Shown here: positions 11,990 to 26,510 of the stretch, one piece after another
How the letters are laid out: each line of letters starts with the position of its first letter
How positions within the stretch are numbered: the stretch's first letter is position 1
Source: Phoronis australis
Taxonomy: Eukaryota > Animalia > Phoronida
Direction: 5' to 3'
Length of the DNA: 64,000 nt
Assembly (NCBI GenBank): GCA_002633005.1
Contig: NMRA01000166.1
Location: forward strand, 699,403-763,402
Notes under the pieces: generated by a model
Database searches by the model: none
What the model was told of the DNA's origin: nothing
What the model saw: only the letters and a program-made list of their open reading frames with translations
Program-made: the position numbers and the translations under genes

Positions 11990-14900
11990 CTCTTCGTCTC
12001 TTTTTCTCACATATATTCAGAAGATAAGTCTAGCTTTTGACAATTTCACGTCGGCTTTGATCAACACAACACATGCACTGCCCGTGTCGACCATTACGAT
12101 GGCGCCTAATATGGTATGAGAAAAACTGAGCCACCACAACGTAGATCAAAACCAGAAACATGGTTTGATAGAGAATGTCATGATCATAAGTTAATATTAC
12201 GTAGTTATTTAAGGAAATACAGAAAATATGGAATTGAAGAAAATTTGGCTAAATATAGGGAATATAACAAGAGATATAAAAATTACTAAAAACAAAACTA
12301 AAAAAAATTTCCGAGAAACACTAACCAAAGCATTGTTGGATTCTTCGTTGAATGAAAATAAGAAACAATTTTGGAAATTGGTGAAAGATAACAAAGAAGA
12401 ACGGTCTTCAAATATTACACATACACAATGGTATAACAGTTTTAAAAACGTTTATACGTCTCACAATAGAGACTATGATGTATTTTTTTTCTCAGTTTCA
12501 TGTATATGTTGAACAGTTTAATCACTTCTATGAGTCAGAAGAAGCGGTGCATAACTTGGATGATCAGACAGTTTTTAATGAAATTATTACTTTTGATGAA
12601 GTAGATAAGTGTACGAATGACATGAAATTGGGCAAAGCTGCTGGAAATGATGGCATTTTGTTGGCAACACCCGCATTTAAACAGTCTCTCGTTTGTCTGT
12701 ATAATAAAATTTTTGATACGGGGAATTACCCATCTCAATAGAATTCAGGTATTACAGTCCCGGTGTTCAAGTCTGGAAATAAGAATGACCCAGATAATTA
12801 CAGAGGAATCACGCTGTTACCGGTGGCTGGCAAGGTATTTGCCCGGTTGTTATGTAACCGACTCCATTCATGGGCGGATGCGAACAATATTGTGTGTGAG
12901 GCTCAAGCTTGTTTCAGGAAGAGGTATTCCACAGTGGATAACATGTTTATTCTAGATACACTACAAAAAAGGTTATGTCCAACCTTATTTAGTGGCCTCC
13001 ATTCTAACACTTATATCAAAAAACTAAGCTTTGTCAACTAGTAAAAGTAGACATTTTATGGAAGAACAAAGACCAGGAAATATAAATATACTTTTTGTAT
13101 TTATTTGTCATCATTATTTTCACGTAAAAAGCTTTTTTAAGTAAAAATTTCATTTTTAAGAAAGGTACATTCATAGCAAAATAACCCCTCGGTCGATTTT
13201 AACGAAACCTTTTTTAAATGAAAACTTCATCAATTACCTCAAAAACGCTATTAGGAATTTTCGATTAGTTTGTTCGTTTGGTTTTTATGACAAATCAACT
13301 CGCAAAACGTAAGGTATTTTTGTAAAAAATTGAAGTCGTATTCGTCTTTGTCACATTACACAAAAACTAAGCTTTTATATCAAAAATCCTAACATAGTTT
13401 TTGAGATTCGTGACTAAATATTAAGTTTGGAAAGTTTCAGCGAAATCCATCGAGCCATTTTCGAGAACTCGTGTTCCTAAGTTCAAATAAAGTCGATTTG
13501 CCGAAGCCGAGAAAAAAACGATTAAACTGGAACACGTGAAAATCTCTAAGTCTTTGGTTAATTATTCTGTGAAAACTTGTTTTCGGTATACATTTCCTAT
13601 AGAATCCTTAACTATGTCACCTATTTCAATGTTTTCTTGCAATGTCAACTAATTTTGCAGTGCGTAACTAACTTAAATATCATTAAAACCTCAAATAGAC
13701 CTATCTTTCGCAGCCAACTTTTGCCGTTTTGTACGACCTACTTAGAAAAGTAGGTCACAGTTCATATTCTGTACACGTCACGTGCTGGGAGTCTGATACC
13801 AAACCAAGTAAGAAATGGATAACAAAAATTGAATTGGTGGTTAAAGTAAGTCGTTAACATGAAATCGAAACATCGAAATGTTAACTTAATAACTGAATTA
13901 AGGAATAAGGGGGAGGATTTATCTATTTTCACAACTTTCTGTGTTCATGACCAGACTGAGGCCTGAGGCAACTCGTAGCATTTGTTTTCAACGTCAACGG
14001 TCGTATGCATGTAGACCCACAACTCCCTTAGGATAAAAACTACGTTTTGTATTCGTTTTCCCCGGGAATATTCTATCATAACCACACCTCGTTGGTTCAA
14101 TGTTATGGCGAATTTGTGAATGAAAGGACTGAGGGTATACCGAAGCTGTTCTGTACCTGGCGGGAGACTCGATTTACTTGAAAGCCCTTTAACCTTTGAC
14201 CTTGGATAAGTGCTCAACAAATAACCAGGCGGTTGTGCGCTTCCAAGGTGGTTCTGCTAAATCTTTTTTTTCTCGCTACGCAGTATATATTTCGTATTTG
14301 AAGTTTCCCGAGAATGAAGATAAGGTATTTTGCTAGACACAAGTGAAATTTTGTAAAAATGGCCAGTTTTTGTGAATAAGGTTGGAAATATCCTTAACAA
14401 ATACCTATTGAAACGTAGAGGACGGTTCTAGTTGTCTTTTTATTGACTTTAAAAAAAGCGTTCGACTTGGTTTGACGAGAGGGTCTTAAGTATAAAATAT
14501 CAAGTTTTGGAATATATGGAAAAAAGCATAAAATTTTAAACAGTATGTATGACAATGTCTTGCGTCTTGCTGAATGGGGATCGTTACGTAACCGATTTCT
14601 TCCAATGTACGATGGGCGTAAGACAAGGGTGTCAATTATCTCCTTTTCTCTTCTCGCTATTTATAAATGATTTAGAAAGTGATTTACAAAATGTAAAGGG
14701 CTCGTGTCTAAATATTGGAATATTGAATTTATATTTGTTGTTGTTTGCCGATGATTTGGTTCTCGTCGCTGAAACCGCTATTGCCATGCAAAGATTAATT
14801 ACCAAACTAGAAGAATATTGTAATAAATGGAAGCTTCATGTGAATATGTCGAAGACAAAAATTATAGTCTTTAGAAAAAGGGGATACTTGAGAACTTATG

Positions 14901-15995
14901 AAAAGTGGAAATTATTTGGCGAAATTGTACAAACGACTTCAGAGTATAATTATTTGGGTATCAAGTTTACTCCTAAAGGTGTTTTTCTTACGAAGACGCA
15001 GAAAACGTTAGCGGCAAAGGCTATTTTTGTACTAAAAAGCACATGTTTAAGTACAATGAAATTCCTGTGCAAATGTGGCTTAAAATGTTTGATACAAAAA
15101 TATTACCGATCGTTAATTGTTATATGGTTCTGAGATTTGGGGATTTCACTCCGCACAAGACATTGAAATCGGACAAAATAAATTTTGGGAATTTTTGTTG
15201 GGACTTGGCCAGCATGTCTCAAACGCTGCAGTGAGGGGAGAGTTTGGTAGAGTGACAATGAAGGTACATCTATTATTGAGAAATGTTAAATACTGGTTAA
15301 AAGTTATCAATTTGCCAAGCCATCGTTAAGTTAGGGTATGCTACAATGTGCAATATGAAATGGCTGAGCAAAATAAGTCTTGTTGGGCTCTAAATGTGAA
15401 AACGATTGTTATTTGCTTATGGTTTTGGAGGTGTTTGGATACAACAAGGTGTGGGCGATGCTGCCTCATTTATAAGTGAATTTAAACAACGATGCTTTGA
15501 TATTGACATCCAGGATTGGAGAAACAATGTTTTTTCTCAATCTTTAGATGTTTACAAAACAATTAAATGTAACTTTGTAGTAGAAAAAGACGTAACATGT
15601 TTAGAAAATAGACTTCATAGAATAGCCCTTGCAAGGTTTAGATGCTCCGCACATTCATTAATGATTATCCAGGGAAGGTTCAGTGGATTTGACAGAGAAG
15701 ACAGATTATGTCCCTGCTGTGACAGTGGGAAAGTGGAAACAGAATTCCACTTTCTTCTCGAATGCAATTTATATTCGGTTTTTACCAAGGTACGATAAGG
15801 TGGAAGATATAGTATTCAGAAATTTTCTACAGACTCATGACTTAAATGTTGCTCGATAATTAATTAATGCGGAGAAACGCCGAAATAAGTTCCTTGATAT
15901 GAATTAATTTAGACTTGAAAATTTTGTTGTACTCTCTTTGTGTTATATATTGTAATGTGGGCCGGAGGCCTCAGTGTTACATGAAATAAATCTAT
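11990..15995 (+). mobile_element. Degraded non-LTR retrotransposon (RTE-X/CR1-like LINE ORF2), interrupted by a DNA transposon
   Basis: Frameshifted RT motifs KLGKAAGNDG, DPDNYRGITLL, EAQACFRKRYSTVDNMF, FIDFKKAFD, GVRQGCQLSPFLF and LLFADDLVL. C-terminal RLCPCC...ETEFHFLLEC. 3' end has a ggccggaggcc hairpin and AATAAA. Confidence 0.92.
12969..14395. mobile_element. Non-autonomous DNA transposon (~1.4 kb, possibly Kolobok-like) nested in LINE RT
   Basis: 21-bp terminal inverted repeats (aaggttatgtccaaccttatt / aataaggttggaaatatcctt, 19/21 match). The RT reading (..ILDTL | NKYLLKRRG..) resumes on the other side. The right end reads cc|ttaa. Confidence 0.85.
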
Positions 15996-18181
15996 GGCAA
16001 AAAATAACGAAACAGCTGATGAGGTCACCGTCTCGATTTCAGTTACATTTGACTGGCTACCTATGTTTGGAATCTTCAATCACAAAAACACAGCAAATTC
16101 GGGTGTTTTATTGTTCTAGTCAAATCTAATGCCTTCAAGAAGTGAATTCTTCTCAAAAGTACTCCCTGAAAGGAATTTTCGGCAGTAAAACCGACCGTGT
16201 CACATGAAGGTTACGTATGTGCATTTTATTGTAAAACGTGTTTTAAATATGTATGAGCACTTTCGAAACACATTTCACGAGCTCGAAATACCCATACAAC
16301 TTCGAATGCCAAACTACAATAGTGAATATTCGTACACGTTTCTCCCAAAACTAGACCTGATTAAAGAGGCTATAGTGCAATTTTCAGCAACAAAAGCAAC
16401 TCTTCGTTTTGATCGCTAACCATTGTGATATTGGTATCAAATTGTTCATTAGTCAAAATAGGTGAAATTTCTGTTTTCGGTAAGAACTGAAATTTCGTTA
16501 TTTCCCGTCACGGCACTTCGTTTGTTCTCCGAGCATTTCATCAACCATTAGCTGTCAGCTCTTTAGAAGACCTCAAATCATTCCTCATCTTAGTAAGGAA
16601 CAAATTGGGACAAATTTTATAGTGTTAAGTCATCTAAACCAAAAGTTAGTTTTTTTCGCCGGAACTGGATTAAAAACAGCTTTAAGTGAATACCATATAA
16701 TATTTGATAATTTTTAGAATTTCACTTTCAAAGTGAAGATAGCGAATTCAAGATGTTACGTAGCAAAGAGTTTGTGGCATATATTTTTTAAAATAAAAGT
16801 GTTTCTAGATCAGCCCCTATTTTCACACCCATAGCCTCTGTTAGCAATAGATTCTGGTGAACAACTCTGACAATTGGTTTTTTATTGGTCAATGAAGAGG
16901 ATGGACGTTTTACGAAAACATGGACCCGCGCTTCAGGGTTAACTACTTTCAATCCCATTCACCCTTGGACCACATTCTTTCGATAGGCACAACCGCCGAA
17001 TATGCATCAGGCCTGGTGTGACATTATCCTTAGGCCAACAAACTGACACAGATTTCGGAAACTCCGGATAACTTCTCGATATTTTCGTGATACTTGAATA
17101 ACTCCTGTATGTTTACTCGATTCGCCTTAAACAATCTCGTTTCTGATACTAGCGGATCTCCCATCCAGTAATGGGGGAAGACAAGAAGACGGGAAGCATC
17201 TAAAAACGCCATGCCGGTGGCGTTTTTGGCTTTGGCCTTGAATCCCTGGACCCCCTGAAGCCGCATATTAATGTGAAGTTGCCGTATGACACTCGCCTTC
17301 CGTGATCGGAACCAAATTTAATTTATGTCACTTACAGTTATGAAATTGTTCTCAAATTGTTCCCAAATCAAAATAAATGTGATTTCGGAGCTTGTAAAGA
17401 GATAACACTTAGTTATTGCTTGAGTTGAGGCTATACGAGTTGGCTTGTCATGGGGAGCATCGGCTCGAGCAATGAACAACTGTCAACTTCTAACACCAAA
17501 ATCGCTTCTTAATTGAATAAGGACAGAGAGTGGGTTTATCACTGCTTCTTATTTTTTTATTAAAATGTTTATATTTGTCATTTCTCGATAACGTTAATGT
17601 TCAAAACATAAAACGCCGGGTTTTATTTCCGTGCAAACAAGTCAGTTTACTGTTTAGAATCAATTGCCGGAATAAACAGAGTGCCCGGCTGGTTATCAAG
17701 TTGGCCATGGCAAGTACTGTAGCACAAAACATATTGGACTCCGCTACTTTCTCAGTTTTACTTGAGTCGGCAACGTGGCTCGCGGCAACAAGTCGAATCT
17801 GCAATTTGTGGTGAGGAGTTAGGCAACCCGCGATTTCGTTGGTACACGCGACAGAAGTAGAATCTACAGCGGGTACCAGCGTTAATGGCGCTGACCTTTG
17901 CAGACATCTAATTGTTTGGTGAAGTGACTCGCCTGATACCACATGCTGCTGAAGTGCAAGGGACATCTCTTTCTAAATTAATTTTCTCCGTTAAGTAGTA
18001 ATTCTGTAACTACTTTCAGAAAATAGCCAAAAATCGTTGATTTGGAATTTGACCCTTCTTTCTGATACTAAGCTACTCTGTGAGCCATACCAACTCTCGA
18101 AACTCTCTCTGAGAAAATTTGATAAGTACATAAAAATGTTTCAAATGGGCAGGCGATACTATAGCGCTTGGGATTAGGGAA

Positions 18182-18952
18182 TAGACCCTTTCGGGCTCAG
18201 AAACTTAGCGGAAAAGTGAAAGATATATATCCACGCACCCAGAAAACCAGCATGAGATTTTACAAACTTCAAAAGAATTCCGGATGTGCAGTTCGGAAGA
18301 CGCAAGAATCTCGTCTGGCTGGTTCCCTGCGTGCCGCTAGGTGGTAGCCAGCTCGCAGGTATCACTTAATTTTCCTTTGGAAATTTTTCACACCATCGTT
18401 TCTGATTGGCTGGTCGAATTCTCAACAAGCGGCGCTTTACGCAAACAAATTGACTGATAGAGGAAGTGTAAATGTGGTCTGTTGTACTGACAAATCGGTA
18501 CTTAAAATTGACGTTCAGGAATTGTGGTTGCACCTTTTCGGAGTGCATCTTTCTATTGTCGATAACTTTTGTTTACGATACTGTCATGTATTCATACAGT
18601 ACGAATAACAAACCGGTTAAATCGGCCAGATATCATTGTACCTGTCTTGTGCTTCAAGCACGCGGCTACTTAACGTTACTGCAGAAACGAAATAGTTGTT
18701 GCTACGCCCCTTGCATGACAAGACTAAAGATCGTTCATAGTCCGCCATTTTTCACGTTGTTGTACAGCTAATCAATGACTGCCGAGGTTACATCAACCAA
18801 TGCTAAAGCGCGTGCTACTGCGTAATACCAGCGTGCTGGCCAGGCACGTAGGGAACCAGCGAGGAAACTCGTGAGTCTTCGCAATGTACCACAATGCATT
18901 ACAAACGAAGCACGTGATAACAATAGCTTTTCTCGAGAGTGTCTTGGGTCTA
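18182..18952. mobile_element. MITE-like element with long degenerate terminal inverted repeats
   Basis: tagaccc...gggtcta ends, plus inverted blocks gctggttccctgcgtgcc (~18318) and ggcacgtagggaaccagc (~18843). Confidence 0.55.
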
Positions 18953-19854
18953 GGTAACGCAGGCAGGGGCCGTATTCTAAATTTCCCTTATTTTTTTATA
19001 TTTTGCTTATCTTTCGAAAATTTCATTAAGTTTCCCTTGTCTTGAGAAAAACACTAGTTGACGTCAAGGGAGAAGTGGAACAAAAACCCACCTTGATTCT
19101 TATCTCGCAAAAGGTATATTCCCATCGCCCCATGAAAGCTATCCATTTATTATGTGAAGCAACACAGGGGAAGGTTGCCTTATTGACAAAATAGAAGCCC
19201 CCTGCCTCGTGTGCGGGCAATGAGTTTGGTTGCCAAATTTTGTAACACACAATTCAGAATGAGGATACGTTTTATAAACGACCAAACAATTTCTCACCGG
19301 CTCCCGAGTAATTTCCAACGAGTTGACACACCTACCTTTAAATACCTTTTAAAGTCATACTCATCCCATATGTCCACCTCCTTTTTATAATAACGTTCAG
19401 ACCCGTGCTTTAATTTGAAAATAACGGCGACTCTATTTGGACACTTGGACAAATACCCATTTTATATAAAGATTCCATAATTACCGTATAAAATATGGGT
19501 TTATTTTTGTTTCGATAAATATTCCATAATCATGTTTGGTGTGTTTGTTTAACTCTTCATCCGACAAGCTTGGATTGATTGATTGGCGAGTCTATTCATT
19601 TAACCGTTGATTTTATACGGTGTAAAGTTATAAATCCTCAAAAAGCCCAGGGCAAGGGGCTTAATTTTTGTTCTCGATTTTTTTTACTTTTTCCGTTCTA
19701 CATTTGTGTTAACTCAAGATAATTGTCCATTATTCAGTGCTCAAGTACAATGTATTAAAATGTCCCAGGGTCGATTAACTTTTGTAAGGCCAAAGCAATA
19801 AAATAAACAGCGATTATTTATGCTGGGTTCTTAGCGTTTTAGGTAAAAATTATT

Positions 19855-20349
19855 TAAGTATTAAATTATTTTATGTAAGCTATACTGCCTCCTCCTCATT
19901 ATCATATTGTTTGGATTCTCAGGTCAGTGACCCTCTTTGTTTTACGATTATTGGTTTAATTGTACCACGTGATCTCTTTGTCTTGTTGCAACACTGGGCC
20001 ATCGTCCACAATTCTCTCCAACTTTCATTTTTCACTCAATTTCTCTTTGAAGTTTCAGCACTCTCCGTCTCATCACATCATTAAGGTATTGTACCTTGTT
20101 TCCTGCTTGTTCTGGACTAAATATGCCACCTAGTTGTTTGATTTTGGGCAGTTCTTACGTGCGTTGGCTGGACGCCTATCTTAATTCGCCTGCGGCGACC
20201 GACCAGGGTCTGACCAATCTGGGTTTCCACGAGTCCATCAACTCCTTAGGGTTGTCCGGGGCCACCCTCGCCCCTGGCCCTCGTTCTGTTCGCCATTTGA
20301 CCCCAGCCATCGCCGAATTCTCGGCCACTTTAGTGTTAGCGCATATAAA
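19855..20349 (+). mobile_element. Fragment of Ngaro/DIRS-like element: repeat A plus SGNH-hydrolase-like ORF remnant
   Basis: 19855-20048 is nearly identical to 37566-37759. The downstream ORF CLILGSSYVRWL...GLSGATL...LVLAHI resembles SGNH blocks I-III. Confidence 0.6.
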
Positions 20350-22319
20350 CAACCTTATTGAAAACGTCTGTGCACATCGGAGATGGGTGCAAAACACATA
20401 ACAATTTATTTCAATTGAAACTGAATTAATAAACAATGCAATGCGTTTTCTATGTCTTCTAGAGTAACTGTAAACACTGTAGTTGATTTGTGTGATCTTA
20501 CTTCGTGCATTTCCGTCTAAACGAAACAGTCACGACTTTAGAGCCTCATTCAAAATGGCCAGTGATATCAGCGACCGTTTCAAAATTCTGCTTACGGAGA
20601 CAAACAAGGGTTAAGATTGGCAAAACACGTACATTTGTGAAGGCTGATATATATATGTCCATGACATCACATGAGCAGTTACTAACGGACATTGGGTGGT
20701 ATGACAACCAGATGCTTTTTATACTTATATTCACGACTTTAGGTAACCGGTGGCTATGTTCTCCATGACAATATCAAAGTGGGCTAACCCACTGAAACTC
20801 TTCACCCACACGGCCACTTGCTCGGCTCTGATTAATGCCCTTTACAATCCCAGAACCTTTTACTCGTTTGTTATACGCTATGCCTGTTCTTCGAATTGGT
20901 CACCTGGCACTGCACTCTTGTCTTCCAAGTGTCGACAGCTGTGCGCAACTTCGGTTAGAACTTTCTTGACATTTTCGGGAACCGTGCTCCACACACTGTA
21001 GACTTCAAACTAATCTCCGAAAGAACACTGCCAAGACGCTTATTGTTTAATTCTGAATGGATTTACGTGCAAATTGTGGAAATTACGACAACGTACATGG
21101 AGGCGCTGTCTGATTCTACTAGTCGAAAAGAGTTTCCACGATGCTCGGTTTATTTTGAAAACTGTTACACCAGCGCAAGTACTGTACACAATTATGTTGA
21201 CCTGCTGCGAAGAAACATGTCAGTATTTCCTTGAGATAGGTTTGTTGAAGGAAGAAGTTAAGACAGAAACATGAGAGACAGCAGTGTTGACTTATGAAAA
21301 GAAATCTACCGATACGGGTGGTTATTAACCATCTCCAGGTAAACCATCAGCTCTTCATAAGACTTGGCCTCATTTGAGTAGAGACTGAATAACAACCATG
21401 TTGTGATGAGATTTTATACCTACTGTTAACTATACTGGAGTGTAACAGGTCACTACTCCGATGGCCCACTACTCCGAAAAATACATTACTACGAAATGTT
21501 GGTTTTATTTTTACACGATCTTCCTACATTGTCTTCCAATTTCACGAATGTGTCATTAATTTGTTACTTACTGACAAAATACCTCACAAAACTATAATTT
21601 GGCAATGAAGTCCAATGACATTTTTGCCGTTTCTACTGTCTTTGTAATTAAGGACTCTTGTATCGCATCTCCTTTGAAGTTCGCTTGGCTGAGAGAAAAT
21701 GTATCATATTAATGTCATAAAACGTTCATGAGCAAAATGTTTGGCCCACTTTAGTATGCAATAATCAGAATTTGGGAAATGCGTGTTGAAGTGCTTAACG
21801 AAGAAAGTGAAGCAGGTTGAATGTTTTTGAATCTCCCGATTTACCATCCCTTATGCGCGCCTGATTTTTTGTGGATTCTCCGCCATCCAATTTACTGACC
21901 CCTTTCTTAGTCTTGCGCTTCCGACGGCGCTAATGACTGCATCATAGAGAACTGTATTTCACAGAAGAAAATATTTGTTAAACAAATTAAATATATGTTT
22001 CGTGCAACTAGTGCGTTCTTTTCATAAATATGTCGATGAATGCAGCCTATTTTTAAATACACTTCAATAAAAACCACATTTTGATAACTAGTAACTAAGT
22101 TCATAAAAATTTTGTTGTATATCTTAATATTAGGTATACTACATGATGGCATAATGCAGCCAGACGTATTATTTTAAGTTCTACATTTTTATAATGTTTA
22201 TTACAACAAAACATGAAAGACAATCTGCTTACACATGAGGATATGTCTGCCATGTGGGTATCTCCACAGGAACACAGAGGCGAAATATTATTAAAATTAT
22301 GTCTAAATTTCTCGTTGTT

Positions 22320-23945
22320 TAGGAATAGACCACATCTTGATCTGTATAGGGTAATTGTTAGAATTGGAACTTAGAACGTAGAATTGGAATCAACATCGGA
22401 CTGCCACCTTTGCAAAACACAGTCCTTAACACGTTGTGAGAAAATATTTACAAACGACTCGACATGCGACTCGTTGGTTTACCCAAACATCATAGAAACC
22501 ATGCATTGACAATAAATTACGAAGTGAACTTGCCCAATTATACATATGTCTACCATTTTCATCTAGTCTGTACAACATGTTGTAAACGGCTCTTTGATAA
22601 CGCTCCTGTGGCATATTCAAAATTTTAAACCAGTATTTAATACAGCTAACAAAGTATCTCGTAAACATAGGGTATCTGCCAGATTCACCCAATACTGCAA
22701 CGTTAGAGTTAGAACCGCCTAGTCGTAGGGTCCATTTAGAAAATTTTAATTGATTTTTTTGGACACTCGTATTCTTTAAAAGCCCAAGTCTCGGCCCCAT
22801 AACACAATGTTGGATACATCAGTTTATCAAATAATTGAAAGGCAAGTGATGGGGGCATATCGCGACAAACACGTGATGCAGCTTTATTTGCTTGACAAGA
22901 GAGAGAGTTTTTGTCGCTTTCGACAATGACAGTTTAAGTGTGATAAGAACACAAAGATGTTTATAATGAGATACATCATCAACTTGCTATTTGTTAAAAA
23001 ACATTTCTCACAGTGTCTTAAGGGATCACCATTTCTAAATACAATTATTTTGGTTTTCTTTAAATTCACGGCCATACCCCATGAATTACAATAATCGAGA
23101 CAGTTTAACATAGTTGCAAGTTAGACGCTGTTATAGCGCATAATATGGAACGCCTCTAGCGTCACCTTATGACGGGTCTTTTCTGTGAAGTGTAGCACCC
23201 TGCAAAAGTACAACGGTGGCTTCTGCGTTAGATTCGCATGTACAGTCAAAATGATATAAACGAAAGACTGTATTTTTCAAATAAACGAGGGCAACGCTGT
23301 GAGGACTTGATGTCTGTGACCTTGGATGATTTTCGTACGTGCTGTGTCCACAGTTGTTGGGTTCTTGTAGGTTCTATTTGCTTAATCAGCGAAGATGTAC
23401 TATCATTGCTCAGTGGAGACAGGACATTGTGTAAGTTGTGTTTTTGTGTGAGACGGTGCTAGCCATTTTTTCTTTTTTGTCAAACGTTCAGCCTATGTAA
23501 TTGTCAGTCACGTCAAAACATGACGATCCCATTGGGTTGGTCAACACACTGTATAACCTTAACACTGATTGGTTCTTTTAAGAACATCGACAGCATCACT
23601 GACGCGTCAGCGTGTAGTAGAAATGCCTCGTCATGTGTCAGAAAACACCCGTCATAAGGTGACGCTAGTGGCGTTCCGTAGCATAGAACCATGTCATCTG
23701 CATATAACAGTGAATTAATATTTGTAGCATGCTCATCTAAGCAGATGCTATTTATGTCACTATGCGAATTGAGTTTTTCTAGAAACTCATTGAGATACAA
23801 AACAAATAGCAGAGGGCTTATCATACAGCCTTGACGAGTGCCAATAGTGCAATTAAATAAGTCTGTTAAATCATCACGTGTTTTAACACATGATGTCAAC
23901 TTGCTATACGTTGATCGCAGAATTGATAACATGTTACCAAGAATG
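22320..23945 (-). mobile_element. Degraded LINE RT fragment
   Basis: GTRQGCMISPLLF, LLYADDMVL, VNLKKTKIIVFRNG, AVLGESGRYP, IKYWFKIL; multiple frameshifts. Confidence 0.9.
23144..23680. mobile_element. MITE with ~42-bp TIRs inserted just after the RT YADD motif
   Basis: tatggaacgcctctagcgtcaccttatgacgggtcttttctg and its reverse complement at the right end (3 mismatches); flanks gcataa/gcatag. Confidence 0.9.
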
Positions 23946-24127
23946 TTAGCATAATAAGGACTATGTAAATACAGGAATTGTTATTAATTTATATTGTTAC
24001 AGTTACTGAAATTGAAATTTAAATAGAGGCCCCTATATATGCGTGATTGTTTTGGCGGTACCGGTATTAATTCAGTTTGTCCAATCTGTGTTGTGGTCGT
24101 GTTTACTAACCACATACAGGACCGTAA

Positions 24128-24341
24128 CAGGGGCGGATCCAGGATTTTGGGTTAGGGGGGCCAGGGTACAGGAATAACCAGAATTTCGCCTCATGAGCGC
24201 GCCCAGCCTAAAATGTAGGGATGTAGGGGGCCCCCCTGGGTGCGTGCATATGCTAGTCAGCAATTCGCACCCCGAACTGGAATCTGGGAGAATTTTAGGG
24301 GGGCCATGGGCCCCTTGCCCTCCCCCCCTAAATCCGTCACT
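24128..24341. mobile_element. Short hAT-like MITE
   Basis: caggggcggat...atccgtcactg inverted termini around a GC-rich core. Confidence 0.7.
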
Positions 24342-26054
24342 GTGTAAGAAGGTAAAAACTATTGGGGTACACAAACTAATACTACTTCTCCTAACTTTTG
24401 ACCACCCACGTGGTCTCAGATTTTTGTAGACGGAATATTGTCTCAGAAACTTTAGTTATAGCTTTAATCGTCTATTTGGAGAGGAAGGTCAAGATTAATG
24501 GCCCAGTTTGGAGAAAGTTCATTTCATTACGATCATGCTTTGAAGATACATTTTGTAAGAGTTTGGTCCGAGGTCCCTGTTACATTGCATCAAGGGCTAT
24601 TTTGAAACCCCTTGTTAAAAATGGCAAATGAGTTTCTGGTCTGATGGCTGCACCTTCCGGGGGAAAATGATATAAATGACCAGGCTACATCGTAGAACAA
24701 CAATTCCTTAGACGGTTATTTCAGAATGCCAAAGATTAGCAAGTGTTCTTTATTGTTTGGTGGACGGGTGATGCAAATTTCCCCTAAGTTCAACTTGTAT
24801 CTAAGTCCGTTAAAGTATCATTATTTTCTTTAAAGATTAGCTCCTGATTATTGGAGGCAAGCGAAAGAATACGAGCATCATTTTCTGAACAGTCATTTTA
24901 TGATGGTGTGCTGGCAGTATCTTGATCACGGCACTATAGACATAGATGGTGGTACGTACCAGATGGATACAGGATACCACAAAACACAAGTAAACATTAA
25001 AGGGACCGAAATCTCGGCGAAAAAACAAGTTTTGCAAACAAGATACTAGCACCAAGCACAGTATAAAAACCAATTTTAGAGCCGTTTTCATGATTTTGAC
25101 AACTCAGTAGCATTAACACAATTCTCGCTTCCTCGCGAAAACGAAATAGCATTGTACCGATGGAGATGCGGTCTTTTCCTCAACTCCAACAAGTTCAGTT
25201 AGGCACAACTTTAGTAATGTCTCTCCAAACTGTAAATGTGGTGACCATCAATCATGTTTTCTTTAAATGTCTCCTCATCGAACACCCGAGAAACTCACTC
25301 TTTCGTGCACTCAATGAAAACCAATTAATTGTAAATGCTTTCAATTTTTGCAATAATATACCTACTTAAGTTACATTATTTTAAATGTTAGTCCAAACTT
25401 TGACCTATTTCTCAATGAATTCCTCTTAAGCAATGTTAGCAAATTTTTATATATTGCTTATAAATCTTGTTGCTTGTGATTTCCATATTATATCTGTACA
25501 TGTTTTTGTTTTTAGTATGTTCGTAATAGCATTTATACCACAATATTAGCCTCGAATGGTAGATACAAAAGTGTAATAACCCATAAAGTTATCTCACTAG
25601 TGAGATAACATTTTGGCGGGAACCCGAGGCCGGATTTTTTTTTTTAATGTTTATTACGAAATCTTCAGAATACAATCAATATACATAACCCAGAAAGCGC
25701 CAAGAGGCATTAGATCTGGGTTAAAAAATACAAAGAAGTCTATATACAATGATTATACACGAATACATAAATAAAAGAAACTGATGTTAAGAATACAATG
25801 ATATATGACAACGAATGAAAATAATTCATTTTCATACAGATGTATAAAATTCTATCCACTCACACAAAGAGATTTAATGTTATAAAGAAATTCTGATACT
25901 ATTTCAAATAAAACCTTATTTTCGTTTGAGTTAAGTTCTTGACATCCATATAGAAAGAAATTAATTTTGTTGTACAATTGCGGAATTTCAGAATATTTTT
26001 TATAAACATTGGGGTATTGTTCGAGTGCCTGGAAGAGCTGTACCCTCTCCTCCT

Positions 26055-26130
26055 TGCATACCTCACGGATACGAACCCGGGCCTCAACAGTTGCGAGTCG
26101 CCGACTTTACCACTACACCACTCAGCGGCT
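26055..26130 (-). mobile_element. tRNA-derived SINE head remnant
   Basis: Minus strand gtggtgtagtggtaa (A box) ... gggttcgtatcc (B box-like); no intact cloverleaf. Confidence 0.5.
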
Positions 26131-26510
26131 GACGTCATCATTCGTGAAAATAGAATACTTAAATGAGCACGCGCAACAATCGCATGTTCAGAAAAGGGCA
26201 TTGCACCGACATTTATACGCTATGAAAAATAAGACGCATAATTTCCATAAAAACGATATTTTAATTCAGTGAAAATTTTCTCTCGTGTTGTCTCACATGT
26301 AAATCACCGATCTCCAATTTTAATGCAGGTATCGTGTCGTCGGGATCCTTTGACTTGAGCATTATAGTCAGTTACTAGTGGTAACCTACTTTAGCAGACG
26401 ATATTCTCCCGGTCGAAGCTTAGCGTGATAAAATGTGAAGTAAGCTATAATAGTTGCTAAACCTTAATTTATAGATTCATTTTATTTTTGTTTTATTTTT
26501 CAATTAGTTT

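Noticed and set aside
24360-25091. Signal-peptide-like MKTALKLVFILCLVL ORF and downstream protein-like fragments
   Set aside because: No convincing splice donor, many stops and no recognisable domain; at most an old pseudogene.
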